Source: Candidatus Latescibacterota bacterium (GTDB lineage: Bacteria > Latescibacterota > CBDEFO01). From it: a stretch of DNA of 64,000 nt. The position numbers and the translations under genes are program-made. The stretch lies in NCBI GenBank assembly GCA_965237525.1, contig CBDEFO010000007.1:480001-544000 (forward strand). Direction: 5' to 3'. Positions 62,378-64,000 of the stretch are shown here, one piece after another; position 1 is the stretch's first letter, and each line of letters begins with the position of its first letter. Below the pieces are notes generated by a model that searched no databases, was not told the DNA's origin, and saw nothing but the letters and a program-made list of their open reading frames with translations.

Positions 62378-63574
62378 TTATGCCCTCCAGAAGGTGGATT
62401 CCTCGGGCGCCTCATAGGAGATGGACAGATGCGGGGTCTCCTGTCGTTTCTGCCCCTGAAAGAGACTCTCTACTCCAGCGGCCACCAGACCGGTGGTCAG
62501 CAGGGTGCGCTCGACAGGGTACGATGGCTCGCCGGTCAGGAACATCTTTTCGACGTCGTTTACCTGGGGACTGAAGAAGTTGGCCAGGGTTGTGCGGTCC
62601 GGCGGCATGGGCAGGTACATCTGAGTGGACAGCGGTGCACCCTGGCCCTCAAGGTGGGCGGCGAAGTTGAAATCCTGCACCAGGCCGTTCATCAGGATCA
62701 TGGTAGATTTGAGGCCATCCACGTGCTCGTACTGGTAGGCAATGGGATCTTCGACAAACTCCTTCATCTCGTCCAGGGTTGGGAAGATGTTGTTGAAGCC
62801 CGGTCGCGAGGGGGTGAGGGTGTGACTGCGGCAGAGGGCTGCCTCGAAGAGCTGGGGAGACCAGAGCCCTTGATGATGGGCCTCCCAGAAGAGGTCGCCA
62901 CGGTAGGCCTGCAGCCACTTGACGCCCTTTTCACCACCTTCGCGGCGTTCCACCATGCACTGGATGGTCTCCAGAGCGTGGATGTCGTAGCTGTCGACAC
63001 CGCCGTATGCGATGCACAGAGCCTCCCGAACGCGGGTGCCCAAGGGCATGTCGATGGACGGGGTGCGCCAGGTGACCGGCAGGGACGAGCCGGCCATGAA
63101 TGCAAAACCCATCTCTTGAGAGATGTCGTACATCTCCCGGGCCCAATCCCAGTTCCACGACAGGTGTTTGTCGTTGAAGATGGAGGCGGTTTGGCCGGTA
63201 GCTCTGAAGACAGCGACGATCTGCTTGAAGAACTCGTAGCGCGGGTAGAGGTGCTGGCCTTTTTCATTGGTCGGATAGCTGCCGTGCTCGCCGATCAGAA
63301 GGACGCCATCGACCGCTAACTCACTGCCTCCCAGGGTCAGGGCGTCGGCGATAGTGGGATAGATCTTCATGGAGGGAAAACGCTTGGAACGATCGCGGCT
63401 CAGGTCACTGTCCCCGACCTGGTCAACGTAGAGGGAGACCAGATCCAAGGGTGGACGATGGTGCCGACTGTTCCAGCCGTACCCCTCCAGGAAGCGGTCG
63501 ACAATCTGCTGGCCGTGGGAGTGCTTGCGGTACTCCGTGACGATGGTAGCGATTCTAGGGCGATTCGACAGCAT
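62378..63574 (-). CDS. Conserved hypothetical protein (oxidoreductase-like fold), paralog of 61037-62230
   Basis: Same motif series: SLYVDQ, EHGSYP, FNDKHLS, AGSSLPVTWR, HALET.Q..VERR, ERTLL. Confidence 0.85.
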   Translation of the reverse strand: MLSNRPRIATIVTEYRKHSHGQQIVDRFLEGYGWNSRHHRPPLDLVSLYVDQVGDSDLSRDRSKRFPSMKIYPTIADALTLGGSELAVDGVLLIGEHGSYPTNEKGQHLYPRYEFFKQIVAVFRATGQTASIFNDKHLSWNWDWAREMYDISQEMGFAFMAGSSLPVTWRTPSIDMPLGTRVREALCIAYGGVDSYDIHALETIQCMVERREGGEKGVKWLQAYRGDLFWEAHHQGLWSPQLFEAALCRSHTLTPSRPGFNNIFPTLDEMKEFVEDPIAYQYEHVDGLKSTMILMNGLVQDFNFAAHLEGQGAPLSTQMYLPMPPDRTTLANFFSPQVNDVEKMFLTGEPSYPVERTLLTTGLVAAGVESLFQGQKRQETPHLSISYEAPEESTFWRA

Positions 63575-63656
63575 CTGAATATCCTTTTAGAAGTGTTGGT
63601 ACCTCCATCGGCAACGTGAAGTTTCTTCGCTTCATAGATGTCTCTTTCCATTAGTA

Positions 63657-64000
63657 TTACACTTGACTCTCGACCTCCTGTTGCTGTCTCGATCGGCTCC
63701 TGTCTTTGAGTACGAACTCGACTCTTCCCACCCCCTCCACTGTCGCCTCGCCGCACGTGCCCGGCGGAATCGTCTGATCGGAGGCAATGATCACTTGCTT
63801 CGCAACTCGACCCAGAGTCACCACATCGCCGGGAAAGAGAGTAATACCCTGGGTTATAAACGCCAGGGTCTGAGCGGCCAGATGAACATATTCATCCGTA
63901 TTTCCCAGTGCTTGACCAAACCCCTCGATCCGTAGAACCATTTCTCTACCCTTCAACTGCGCAGCCGATAAAGGGATAGGTGTCTCAGCGACCACACAGA
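63657..64000 (-). CDS. Fumarylacetoacetate hydrolase-family protein, C-terminal part (runs off window)
   Basis: LAFITQGITLFPGDVVTLG...EATVEGVGRV, typical FAH C-terminus. Confidence 0.65.
   Translation of the reverse strand, partial: CVVAETPIPLSAAQLKGREMVLRIEGFGQALGNTDEYVHLAAQTLAFITQGITLFPGDVVTLGRVAKQVIIASDQTIPPGTCGEATVEGVGRVEFVLKDRSRSRQQQEVESQV

Overview
Bacterial genomic window with a patchwork of core and accessory DNA. The gene content (FlgD-Ig/T9SS-like C-terminal tails, a C-terminal 'AVExxSWGRIK' motif, ASPIC/UnbV + FG-GAP + TPR proteins) suggests a Latescibacterota-like lineage; this is inference only. The core island is uvrB-nadC-birA-murB-VOC-LarA family. The left end holds a triple nest: an IS1182-family element inside an IS481-like DDE element inside an acetamidase/formamidase pseudogene. 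An ECF sigma factor carries a fused transmembrane and extracytoplasmic domain, and a ~760-bp tandem duplication has copied that domain into a stand-alone secreted gene. The most striking signal is a 23-bp imperfect palindrome (consensus cCCCCGATAGATTCAATCGGGGg) at about 14 loci in 64 kb. Some copies have 3-4 bp flanking direct repeats, some sit in-frame inside genes (27-bp steps), some supply stop codons, and some are nested in the centre of other copies, so it looks like an extremely small mobile element. Also present: a 31-copy 16-bp satellite among REP-like hairpins, a candidate GEMM-I (c-di-GMP-I type) riboswitch before birA, and a minus-strand cluster of surface-protein genes. No CRISPR array, tRNA or rRNA was recognised. 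All family assignments come from motif recognition by eye; no database search was run.
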